From the NCBI RefSeq assembly GCF_006345805.1, contig NC_042998.1, forward strand, positions 167,772,001-167,836,000: DNA of 64,000 bases. Reading direction: 5' to 3'. Of this stretch, positions 53,121 through 64,000 are shown piece by piece. Positions within the stretch are counted from its first letter, which is position 1. Each line of letters opens with the position of its first letter. The notes beneath the pieces were generated by a model that made no database searches, was not told where the DNA came from, and worked only from the letters and a program-made list of their open reading frames with translations. Source of the stretch: Octopus sinensis. Its lineage: Eukaryota. The translations under genes were made by a program, and so were the position numbers.

Positions 53121-53540
53121 TTTACCATTACTTTATGAACCAGACTATCGGATGTTGTTATACATCGCTGGTCACAATACGCTTCACATCGTTGTAGCTT
53201 TCGAATGATGCCATCCCACTAGCTAGATGAGCAAGCCAATATTCCTCCTGATCGAAAGGCTATTCTGTCGCAGGGTTACTCGTTTACAGCTAAGTGGACT
53301 GGTGCAAGTTGAAATGAAGTGATTTGCTCGAGAATATAAAGTGCAGCCGGTCTGGGAATCGAAATCACGATCTCAGGATCGTGAGTGCAGTGCCCCTAAC
53401 CACTTGAACATACGCCTGCATACATAAACAAGCACACACGCAAATACACATACACACACAGACGCACACGCACATGCACCCACATACACACATGCACACA
53501 AACACACATGCGCGCGCACACACACATGTATATACATATA

Positions 53541-53771
53541 TATTTCTTTATTGCCCACAAGGGGCTAAACATAGAGGGGATAAACAAGGACAGACAAAGG
53601 GATTAAGTCGATTACATCGACCCCAGTGCGTAACTGGTACTTAATTTATCGACCCCGAAAGGATGAAAGGTAAAGTCGACCTCGGCGGAATTTGAACTCA
53701 GAACGTAACAGCAGACGAAATACGGCTACGCATTTCGCCCGGCGTGCTAACGTTTCTGCCAGCTCGCCGCC
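53541..53771 (-). mobile_element. SINE family B (consensus-like)
   Basis: Full reverse-complement copy. Confidence 0.92.
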
Positions 53772-54514
53772 TTTATGTATATACATATAGTTTATATACA
53801 TATAGTTTATGTATATACATATAGTTTACTGTTCCGTTATAGGTAAGCTCAACAGTGAGAGATAGATGTCATTTAATTCACATGGTATTAAGAAAAGAGC
53901 TACAAATAGTTTCATACTATAAAGACACTATAATTTGGCAGATTTATATAACATGCCTTGTACCTCCAAGAAATCCTTCAAGCTCAGTGCATATCATTAT
54001 TTAAAATTTGTCCATGCACTTTTTGCATCACCTGTATTGTTTTTCTTCTAGATTTTTTTTTCTGATGTTTTCTCATAGAGCAGCAGCCTATTTGAAAACC
54101 AGGATGCTGACCAATGAGAAAAGAAAACAAGAAGCTTGATGCAAAAAAGTGTGAGGTCTCTCCGGATTGAGTAGCTATCTCACAAACTTTGACCTCCTCC
54201 CCGTTGAATTATTCTGTTACAGCTAGATTAAGTATGGTTTCTACAGACAAAGGAAACACAGGTCTTAGTTTTCTAATTTTTCTCTTCTTTCTTCACGTTT
54301 CATACTTTACATCAAAGTTCTCGTTTTACCTCCGGTTCTTTCTTCATGTTTTCTCACATACCAGCGTCCTGGTTTTCAAACAGGACTAACGGTATGCACT
54401 GGGCCTGAAAAACCGCTTGGAAATACATGCCATCTTATATAGAGTTTCCGAATTATTGTCTCTATATCATGAAATTATTAGAAATGTATTTCTAAATACC
54501 GAGTATATCAAATG

Positions 54515-54546
<32 letters not shown>

Positions 54547-54564
54547 ATGTATGCGTGTGTGTGT

Positions 54565-54908
54565 GAAGGCGCATGGCTCAGTGGTTAGAGCGTCGAGCTT
54601 ACGATTGTGAGGTTGTGAGTTCGATTCCCGGACTGGGCTGCGTGTTGTGTTCTCGAGCAAGACACTTTATTTCATGTTGCTTCAGTTAACTCAGCTGTAG
54701 AAATGAGTTGCGACATCACTGGTGCCAAGCTGTATCGGCCTTTGCCTTTCCCTTGGATAACATCAGTTGTGTGGAGGTAACATCAGTGGTGTGACTGGTA
54801 TGCATGGTTGACTGCAGGCCTTCTATAAACAACGTTGCTAGAACATGTGCCTCGGAGGGTAACTTTCTAGGTGCAATCCCATGGTCATTCATGACCGAAG
54901 GGGTTTCC
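54565..54908 (+). mobile_element. tRNA-derived SINE with CORE-like segment and distinct 3' body
   Basis: GGCGCATGGCTCAGTGGTTAGAGCG...GAGTTCGATTCCC head; GAGCAAGACACTT...TCAGCTGTAGAAATGAG. Confidence 0.82.
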
Positions 54909-55265
54909 TCATATATATATGTATGTATATATGCCCCAGCATGGCCACAGCATGAGGGATGAAACGTATAAAAGTATAAAAGAATATATATAATTTCTTT
55001 ATTTTTGAATTAAGGCTACCATTGGTTTCATGTTACGAAGAGTAGGGAAGCATTTAACAATTTTTCAAGCCGATCACATGGAGAAAGGTCTTCGCCTCAA
55101 TTTTGGAAAACAATCTCGTGAACGAAACGATGGTCTTCTAAATACGTATGACGTACTAGTTAAAAATATTTTTTGCCCTTCTTCCATAGATGGTAAGCCA
55201 AGGGTCATCCTCAAATAATTTTCAGTTCCGTTTTTGTATCATTACAAGTACTCCTATAATCACAT

Positions 55266-55293
55266 ATTATCATCATCATCATCATCATCATCA

Positions 55294-55357
<64 letters not shown>
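55266..55357. repeat. (ATC)n(ATT)n tract at the 3' end of the R4/Dong-type element
   Basis: Direct reading. Confidence 0.95.
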
Positions 55358-55359
<2 letters not shown>

Positions 55360-56640
55360 GAAAACTCACAGCTTATTTTGCTGGGTATGATGGAAAGTGT
55401 CAGCTGTCCATAACCAGCAGTCTAAGGTGCCACTTGTTTACTGGTTATACTTCGAGAACCCTGCGAAGAATTCTTGCAGTTCCAAGCAATACTGATTTTT
55501 GCAGGTGTTCAACCTTCACACGTGCATCACTCTTTTTTAGCCATGTTGACAGATGAGTGCTGATACTTCCAAATGTGTCAATTACTCTTGGTATCACATC
55601 TACTCTCCTCATTGACCACAATCCTCTATTTCCCACTTCAAATCGTTATAGTTGTTTATTTTTTCGTCTTTCTTTTTGATCCTGTTGCTATGTCGATTAT
55701 CATGCATGTTCTTTCTTTTCTATTCACCACAACAATGTCCGGTTTCCGATGTTTGGTCAGGTGATCACACTGAATTATTGACAGTAAATTTTGGTTGTCA
55801 AGGTGCTCGTAAATGATTTCTGAAAGCAGTCCTGTCAACAGCTTCCACACTAGTGGTAAGCGAGTAATTGGTCTATAGTTGCTAGCTGTATCAACCTTGC
55901 TCTTATCTTTCATAATGAGTATTGACCCCACCCCCGCTCTAGTATTATTCCTTCATTATAGCAATCCTGAAGTTCTTCCCTCAGCCTCCTATGCAGAATA
56001 CTAAATTTCTTTAGTCAGTATCTTTGAATTAAATCTGGCCCTGGTTTCATTTTTCCCAACACTTTACTCATTTATGCATTAGTTAGTCTGGCTGATTTTC
56101 ACTCACTATTTCTTCCCTCACTTTCTTTAACTATACTGCATCTCCATTATGATTGACTGACTTATCCCAGATATTACTCCAGAACTTTTTAGCTTCTTCT
56201 ACATTAGGTTTCTCATCTTCAGTACTTCGTTCTCTACTATTTATTTATTTATAAAATCTCCTTTGGTCTGTCTCAATATGTTCTGTTGATACTGATCTAT
56301 TCTTTTCTGATATCTGGAGAGCTTGCCTGCTCCTGCTATAATACGCTGTTTCAACTCTTCTATTACTGTCCCAAATCCTTTCTCTTTGACTAAGTATCTT
56401 TTCTCAAGGGAAGATTTGCATTTTGTGTTTCTTAACTTGTTCAGTTACTACTCTTCTATTCTACTCGGTAGAATTTATTCCTGTATGTTTTTGGAGGAGT
56501 GTTGCATAGTAGTGTGTGTAAATCATAAATGAACTATTTCATAGTATTTATGGTTATCTGTCCAACGTTCTATCTCTTTTGGTTGGTTTTATTATGGGTT
56601 CGTTTTTACAGCGTTTACTTTTTAAACTGAACACCGCCCA
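55358..56640 (-). mobile_element. Decayed, internally deleted R4/Dong-type non-LTR retrotransposon (restriction-like endonuclease)
   Basis: ELKQRIIAGAGKLSRYQKRIDQY (pre-RT), SNYRPITRLPLVWKLLTGLL (RT start), HRKPDIVVVNRKERTCMIIDIA (RLE PD..D motif), KVEHLQKSVLLGTARILRRVL (C-terminus), then (TAA)n. Confidence 0.88.
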
Positions 56641-56887
56641 TGGACATGTGTTGATGTTTCTTTCGTAGTTATAATCATTATTGATGCATCACTGAGAGAC
56701 CGAGAAGAAAGAGAAATGTGCATATACATAGAGGTCTTGTATAAATATGGATGTGTATGTTATTGAAATTTTAAATTCAAATTTTAAATTTTACTCACAT
56801 GTTTACAGTTTCCGTATAGAAATACTGCAGTGTTTACATTTTTATACCCATGGTGCTGTGGCAGTGCATCTAGGAGAAGCTATTTTT

Positions 56888-56922
<35 letters not shown>

Positions 56923-57021
56923 TGTATATAAGACAGATTTTTCAGTGTCCTGAGATGTCTTACATTAAGACATAGTTTTGTTTCATTGTTTTGCTCTTGT
57001 TGTTGTTGTTGTTGTTGTTTA

Positions 57022-57415
57022 GGCGGCGAGCTGGCAGAATCGTTAGCACACCGGGCGAAATGCTTTGCGGTATTTCGTCTGCCGCTAAGTTCAAATTCCG
57101 CCGAGGTCGACTTTGCCTTTCATCCTTTCGAGGTCGATTAAATACGAGTTAAGTACCAGTTACACACTGGGGTCGATATAATCGACTTAATCCGTTTGTC
57201 TGTCCTTGTTTGTTCTCTCTGTGTTTAGCCCCTTGTGGGTAGTAAAGAAATAGGTATATCGTCTGCCGCTACGCTCTGAGTTCAAATTCCGTCGAGGTCG
57301 ACTTTGCCTTTTATCCTCTCGGGGTCGAAAAAATAAGTATCAGTTGAACACTGGCTGTTATGTAATCGACTTATATCTTCCCCGAAACTGTTGGCCTTTT
57401 CCCGAAATTTTAAAT
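57022..57415 (+). mobile_element. SINE family B, dimeric
   Basis: Body repeated. Confidence 0.88.
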
Positions 57416-58247
57416 TATCATCATCATTATTGATATTCAGGTTAATGTCCTGTTAACTTAAATATCAAGAGAAAAAGTAAATAACAAAGGTGAGAGAAAA
57501 CACGAAATGAAAACGCGAAAGGAAGTAGGCAGAGGTAAATAGAAAAGAGAGAACGCGAACTAAATGAACAGAGGATTGGTGTACAGAAATAACAACGCTA
57601 ATGAATTATGTTTGAAATTAATGTGAGAAGAGGACGAAAGAGAGAACGAACGAGTGAATAAATGAATGAAAAGATTATTATACTAGGACGTTCTTACTTG
57701 ATTTGAAATTTGTCACGTCACCAGTGGCATGATCGGAAGAAAAATATGACTAACGGAATGTTAAAACAAAATGAAATCTTTCCTTCTTAAAGATCACGTA
57801 TGGCTTAGAGGGTTTGCAGGTGTTTAACATAAGTTCTGTTTTTGAATTCATAAATCGTCAGGTTTAAGTCTTCTTGTATGCATCTATGTGTGTGTGCCTG
57901 TACATATTATACATAAATACATACTCAGACACGCGTATACAAGCAAGCACGCAGATATACATACATACATACATATATACATGCATACATACATACGTAA
58001 ATACATATATAATACATATGTATGTACAAATACTTACATACGCACACACATACATAATATGTTAGTTGGGACACTACGATCCTGGTGCTTACTTTCGGAA
58101 GCACTTCTACGGTCAGTGGTTACATATAAATTGGTAGAAATCCCCTAATAAAACTACCGCGGCAAGTATCTGAAGGTCCACAAATTATTTATTTGTTATA
58201 GGTAGAAAGATAGATAAATATCACTACATACATATATACATACACAC

Positions 58248-58490
58248 GGGGACGTAAACACACCAGCATCGGTTGTCAAGCAATGCTAGGGGGACACAGA
58301 CACGCAAACACACACACACACACATATATATACATATATACGACGGGCTTCTTTTCAGTTTCCGTCTACCAAATCCACTCACAAGGCATTGGTCGGCCCG
58401 GGGCTATAGCAGAAGACACTTGCCCAAGATGCCACGCAGTGGGACTGAACCCGGAACCATGTGGTTGGTTAGCAAGCTACTTACCACACA
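58248..58490 (-). mobile_element. SINE family A, partial
   Basis: Young-type sequence lacking extreme head and tail. Confidence 0.88.
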
Positions 58491-58628
58491 TAACTTTAAT
58501 TTAAATATTTTAAATTTTGAATTTTGAATTTTATATTTTATATATTTTTTATTAATTAATTTTATTTCTATGTATTTGTTTATGATTTTCACTGTTTTGA
58601 TTTGCCTAATAGTGGTTTTATCTCTAAT

Positions 58629-58677
<49 letters not shown>

Positions 58678-58699
58678 TATGTATGTATGTACGTATGAG

Positions 58700-58731
<32 letters not shown>

Positions 58732-58911
58732 ATATATATCAAACAGAGCTTAGTGTATATCGTATCTACATACCGAAGATTACTTAAAATAGGATAGGTC
58801 CCACTAAAACTGATCTACTGAAAGACAAGAACTTACTTTTAATAAGTATACCAGTTTAGCTTTGCAGTAAATATATACACACACACACACACACACACAA
58901 CACACACACAC

Positions 58912-58987
<76 letters not shown>

Positions 58988-58990
<3 letters not shown>

Positions 58991-59202
58991 GATGGGGTGC
59001 TGAAAAGTTCCTGGCTTTGGGCAAAAGAAAATACAGGAGGATAAGCTATGATTTTCTTCAACATATTCCCCTCTCAGATTGACGGACTTGTTGCAGTGGT
59101 CCTTCACTTTTTTTAGGTTCTATAAAAGAACTTGGAAGGTTGGTCATCTAGCCAGGCCTTTGGCGATGCTCTTAAAGATAGGAACTTTTCAGCACCCTCT
59201 CG
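58988..59202. mobile_element. Tc1/mariner-type MITE
   Basis: TIRs GGGGTGCTGAAAAGTTCC / GGAACTTTTCAGCACCCTCTCG flanked by TA; a lone related TIR ACGAGGGATGCTGAAAAGTTCC lies at ~29045. Confidence 0.8.
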
Positions 59203-59223
59203 TACCTATATTCTGACGCAGAG

Positions 59224-59450
59224 CACCAACATATATATGGAGTTTGGATTATTATATTGGACAAGAAGATGACTGCAGCATTGGTTGGCTGGAAATCAAT
59301 AAGTGAAGGGGTTATAACAACGCGCTTCCAAACCAGACGTGAAAGTTGCCATAATTCAGGTCTATGCACCAACTGATACTGAAACTGCAGGAGACGATAA
59401 GTAAGGTAACATCTATGACTCCTTCCAAGCGGTGCTGAATGAAATACCGT
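59224..59450 (+). mobile_element. RTE-type LINE apurinic-like endonuclease fragment
   Basis: HIYGVWIIILDKKMTAALVGWKSISEGVITTRF, frameshift, KVAIIQVYAPTD...YDSFQAVLNEIP. Confidence 0.85.
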
Positions 59451-60376
59451 ATATATGTAAGCTATCTCCGTTCTTAAATTTATAAGTATAAATTATTAAT
59501 TTAATACATACTCACATTCACTAAATGACGTTTTGGAATCGCTCTAGAAAGTAAACAAATTGATTACAGCGCAAAGTTTTATCTGCTTGTGGCACAAAAA
59601 AAAAGTGGGGTGGAGTAGAAACGATTAGGATGGATCTTAATTTTTCTGGATGGGAAGTGATAAAACCTGGAGTATTGCAATTGTTTTATTCCTTACAGTG
59701 AAGCTAAACTAGCATACTTAGTAAAGGTAAGTTCTTGTTTTCCAGCAAATCAGTTTTAGTGGAACCTATCCCATTTTAAGTAATCTTAGCTATGTACATA
59801 CAATATACAATAAGCTCTGTTACCAATCTTTTTCCGGTTTTTGTGTGACTAATGCTCTACATTTTACATTATATATTGTATATGTTTTTGTGTGTATGTA
59901 TGTTTGCGTATGCTGCTTGTATGTATGTGTATGTTACTTGTGTGTGCGTGCGCGCTTCAGTACATAGTTAAGAGTTTTCTTTTAACACTACAGCATTTCA
60001 ATTTCAATGTTCCATTAAGAAGTTCTCATATTTTCTTATCATTTTTTTATTGAATAAGCTTCTGATGTAGTCCAGCAATAACTCAATCACTAACGCATTA
60101 CTTTTACGAAAATTCCTAAGTGGTCTTTCGACATGGTTGAAATAGCAGCAAAAATACAGGACACAAAAAAAACGTTGAACTCAATGAGAAACGAAAACAT
60201 AAAAACATGGAAACGACTTTTTTCAAACAGCGAAAAAAAAACAAAACAGAGTACAAGACATACAACACAAGGAATATTTCCCTTGTGACTGGATTTGGTA
60301 GGCGCAAACTTAAAGAAGCCCGTCATACATACATACATACATACATACATACATACATACATACATACATACATAC

Positions 60377-60434
<58 letters not shown>

Positions 60435-60943
60435 GTGTGTGTACATCTTTGTTTTGTCCCCACCAGCACTTGACAACCGCTGTTGGTTTGTTTACATTTC
60501 CGTAACTGGATGGTTCGGCAAAGGATAATAAGTGCCAAGTTTTAAAAAATAAGTGTCAGGCTTAAAAAAGAAAGTACTTGTATCGCTTTGTTTTATTAAC
60601 CGCTTCAAGATGCTGTCCCTGGATGGCCGCAGTTCAATAAGTGGAGCACTTAAAAAAGAGAAAATATATATACAAAACCCAATTTTTTAAGAAATTACAG
60701 ACATTTTGTCGAATTTCATGGTAGTCTGTATGTTTGGGCTTACAATTACGTAATGGTAAGAAGCTATCATCTCTATATAAACCACCAGAGATTGACAGAA
60801 TACGTTCATTTAATTAAGTCAGAATATGCATTCCGACAATACTGCGACGTCAGCTGGCACATGCGGTATACGTGCAAAATCCTATTTCACAGTTTGTTTC
60901 TGGGTTGGTTTTGTAAATTCTGTCGTTAATATCAACACTGTAT

Positions 60944-61052
<109 letters not shown>

Positions 61053-61111
61053 TCGGGCCGACCAAAGCCTTGTGAGTGGATTTGGTGGACGGAAACTGAA
61101 AGAAGCCCGTC

Positions 61112-61157
<46 letters not shown>

Positions 61158-61169
61158 TATATATATATA

Positions 61170-62052
61170 AAAAGTTGAGTTGTGGGGTATCGCACGAGTG
61201 GGATTATATATGAAAAAAGGTTTGAAAATGCAATTTAAACGATGTTTATTTACTTAACCGGTTTCACTCTTTGGTAAAAGATTGTCAAAAGTAACATTGA
61301 ATATTATGGGTTCAAAAAAAGTTTTTTACATAATTGTCACATTGAATATTATGAATTCAAAAATGTTTTTTTATACATAATTGTCACATTACATGTATAA
61401 ATATAGTATAAAAAAGTTCAATAGTGTGATGAGAATATTTGGAAAAATTGGCAGAAAAGAATAAAACAAATATATTATTGGAAATTTGGTTGCGTTAATT
61501 ATTGGTTGTCGCAAATTGTCACATTACATGTATATATATACAGTCTTTGGTAGAAAGGACATGTTAAAGACAAAGGAAGTGTAATAGTTTGGTGAGAAAG
61601 CTTGTAATGTTGACAGAGAAAATTAAAATGGATATTTTAGACATCTCAGAATATTTTGAATCGAAGGCGAGAATTTGTTTTTTACTGACCTGTTTGTTTT
61701 AGCAGAAAAGTTAAAGACTGTATATATATATATGTAATGTGACAATTTGCGACAACCAATAATTAACGCAACCAAATTTCCAATAATATATTTGTTTTAT
61801 TCTTTTCTGCCAATTTTTCCAAATATTCTCATCACACTATTGAACTTTTTTATACTATATTTATACATGTAATGTGACAATTATGTATAAAAAAACATTT
61901 TTGAATTCATAATATTCAATGTGACAATTATGTAAAAAACTTTTTTTGAACCCATAATATTCAATGTTACTCTTGACAATCTTTTACCAAAGAGTGAAAC
62001 CGGTTAAGTAAATAAACATCGTTTAAATTGCATTTTCAACCTTTTTTCATAT
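61170..62052 (-). mobile_element. Fold-back PLE-like element with ~340-bp inverted arms, each with a degenerate HHR
   Basis: Arms 61208-61548 and 61713-62052, 164-bp spacer, extension 61170-61207 on one side only, both ends in (TA)n. Confidence 0.8.
61251..61293 (-). ncRNA. Degenerate minimal hammerhead motif (mirror copy at 61968-62010, +)
   Basis: TACTT-TTGACAA-TCTTT-TACC-AAAGA-GT-GAA-ACCGGT-T-AAGTA: 5-bp stem I, 5-bp stem II, palindromic stem III; core differs from CUGANGA at 2 positions. Confidence 0.55.
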
Positions 62053-62084
62053 TATATATATATATATATATATAATATATATAT

Positions 62085-62312
62085 ATATGTATGTATGTGT
62101 GTGTGGTTATGTGCTTGTGTTTGTCCCCCCCACCATCGCTTGACAACCGATGGTGGTGTGTTTACGTCCCTATAACTTAGCGGTTCGGCAAAAGAGACCA
62201 ATAGAATAAGTACTAGGCTTACAAAGAATAAGTCCTGGGGTCGATTTGCTCGACTAAAGGCGGTGCTCCAGTATGGCCACAGTCAAATGACTGAAACAAG
62301 TAAAAAAGTAAA
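62085..62312 (+). mobile_element. SINE family A, 3' half
   Basis: Tail motifs; its probable 5' half (61053-61112) lies on the other side of the fold-back element. Confidence 0.85.
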
Positions 62313-62626
62313 AGAGCGAGATGAACTTGATCTACTGTATTGTATCTATATCGTTATAGATACCACCGAATTAGTATCTGGTCAAAATAAACTTTTAAGC
62401 CCTAACCAGGAAGAGAGAAAAACATGCGTGTACGCAAACTTAGACGTATATGAATGGGGAAAAAATTTGATAAAGAGAAAGAAGAGTAGAAAAAAAGAGG
62501 TTGAAAAATGAGAAAACAATTGTTTAAAGCATTCTTTATAAGTGAGACAAAACGAAGTTAGGTTGACATACTGAGGTCAAAAGTCGTTATTACTGGCATT
62601 TTTTTAGATGGTTTATTAACCATTGT

Positions 62627-62872
62627 GGAGGCGCGTGGCTTAGTGGTTAGGGTGTGAGCACCATGATCGTAAGGTTGTGGTTTCGATTCCTGGACCGGGT
62701 GATGCGTTGTGTTCTTGAGCAAAACACTTCATTTCACGTTGCTCCAGTCCACTCAGCTGGCAAAAAGGAGTAATCCTGCGACGGACCGGCGTCCCGTCCA
62801 GGTGGGGAATTTCTACGGCACTGAAACCGGGAAACCGGCCCTTATGAGTCTGGCATGGCTCGAGAAGGAACA
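62627..62872 (+). mobile_element. SINE family C (tRNA head, CORE-like and V-domain-like segments)
   Basis: GGAGGCGCGTGGCTTAGTGGTTAGGG...GTTTCGATTCC; CCTGCGACGGACCGGCGTCCCGTCCAGG. Confidence 0.87.
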
Positions 62873-63339
62873 TTTTTATTAACCATTACTTAAAATATTC
62901 TTAACTAAAGAAAATAATGGCTGAAACGGGTAAAAGATTGTTTTGTGTGTGTGGGGTGTTCTGGTTGACTTTGTCTTGTCACACATTTTCTAGACATTAA
63001 ACGTAGTTTTGTAGAAAAATGTTTGCCTCCCAGCCACATGGTTCCGGGTTCAGCCCCACTGCGTGACACGTTGGACACCTTGTCATGCACTATAAGCCCT
63101 GGGTCAAACTTGTGAATGGATTTGGAAGACAGAGACTAAAAGGAGACCGTCGTATGTGTACTTTGTGTTCGTAACTCATTACCGCTTGACAATCGGTGTT
63201 TGTTTGTTTACGTTCCTGTAACTTAGCGGTTCCGCCAAAAGACACTGATAGTATAACTACCAGACTTAAAATAACATGTACTGCCCTCCAAGGCAGTGTC
63301 CCAGCATAGTTGCAATCTAATGCCTTGTGTGTGAGTGCA

Positions 63340-63370
<31 letters not shown>

Positions 63371-63904
63371 GAGCGTGCGTGTACGTGTCTGTCTTCTGGT
63401 TGACTTTGTCTTGTCACACGTTTTCTTCTGACATTAACGAGGCTGTGTAGAAAGAAGTTTGCTTCCCAACGCTATGTTCAGCCCTATTGCGTGACTCGTT
63501 TGGCACCTTGTCTTCCACTATAGCATTATACACCGTTAGTATATATACCAGCCTTAGGAAAAAATGTATTGTCTTCCAATCGCGTGCTCCAGCATAGTCG
63601 CAGTCTAACATCTGACTTAAGTAAAAGATAAAACATGGCCTTCATTCACAAGTCCATTCACAGAAATATAATGAATGAATATGTGTATTCATTTATTCTT
63701 TTTCAGATTATGGTCAGTAGAGTTTGGCCATGCTGGGGCACTGACTTCATACTTTTAGTCAACCATATCCACCCCAACACATTTCACTCTGGTATTTGTG
63801 TTATCAACCCCTCTTTCTCAATTGGCAACATAACTAAGTATAAAGACGCATAACATAAACACGAAACACATAGACACGCATATAAAAAAAAAGGCAAATG
63901 AAAT

Positions 63905-64000
63905 ACCTATTTCTTTACTACCCACAAGGGGCTAAACACAGAGAGATAAACAAGACAGACAAACGAATTAAGTCGATTATTTCGACCCCAGTGCGTAACT
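63905..64000 (-). mobile_element. SINE family B 3' part (truncated by window end)
   Basis: Reverse complement of the family B tail. Confidence 0.88.

Overview
AT-rich, repeat-saturated eukaryotic nuclear DNA, most likely from an octopod cephalopod. This is inferred from a cox1 fragment that reads correctly only in the invertebrate mitochondrial code and from dense tRNA-derived SINEs of octopus type. I cannot identify any host protein-coding gene with confidence; almost all ORF-track entries are microsatellite or SINE translations. Supported content: three tRNA-headed SINE families (dozens of copies), two decayed Penelope-like element (PLE) fragments, an internally deleted R4/Dong-type non-LTR element in a (TAA)n tract, an RTE-type endonuclease fragment, DNA-transposon relics (mariner MITE, hAT-like, Helitron-like ends), a 140-bp cox1 NUMT, and a promoter-like CpG/ETS/CCAAT patch with candidate exons near 14.8-15.7 kb. 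The most interesting signal is a set of minimal type I hammerhead ribozyme (HHR) motifs. One has an intact core and a greatly extended stem II (11.4 kb). One lies in a PLE terminal repeat (2.1 kb). Others sit inside two non-coding fold-back elements in (TA)n tracts (52.0 kb and 61.2-62.05 kb), which share a ~70-bp terminus but carry different ribozyme sequences. All coordinates were read by eye and repeat boundaries are approximate.
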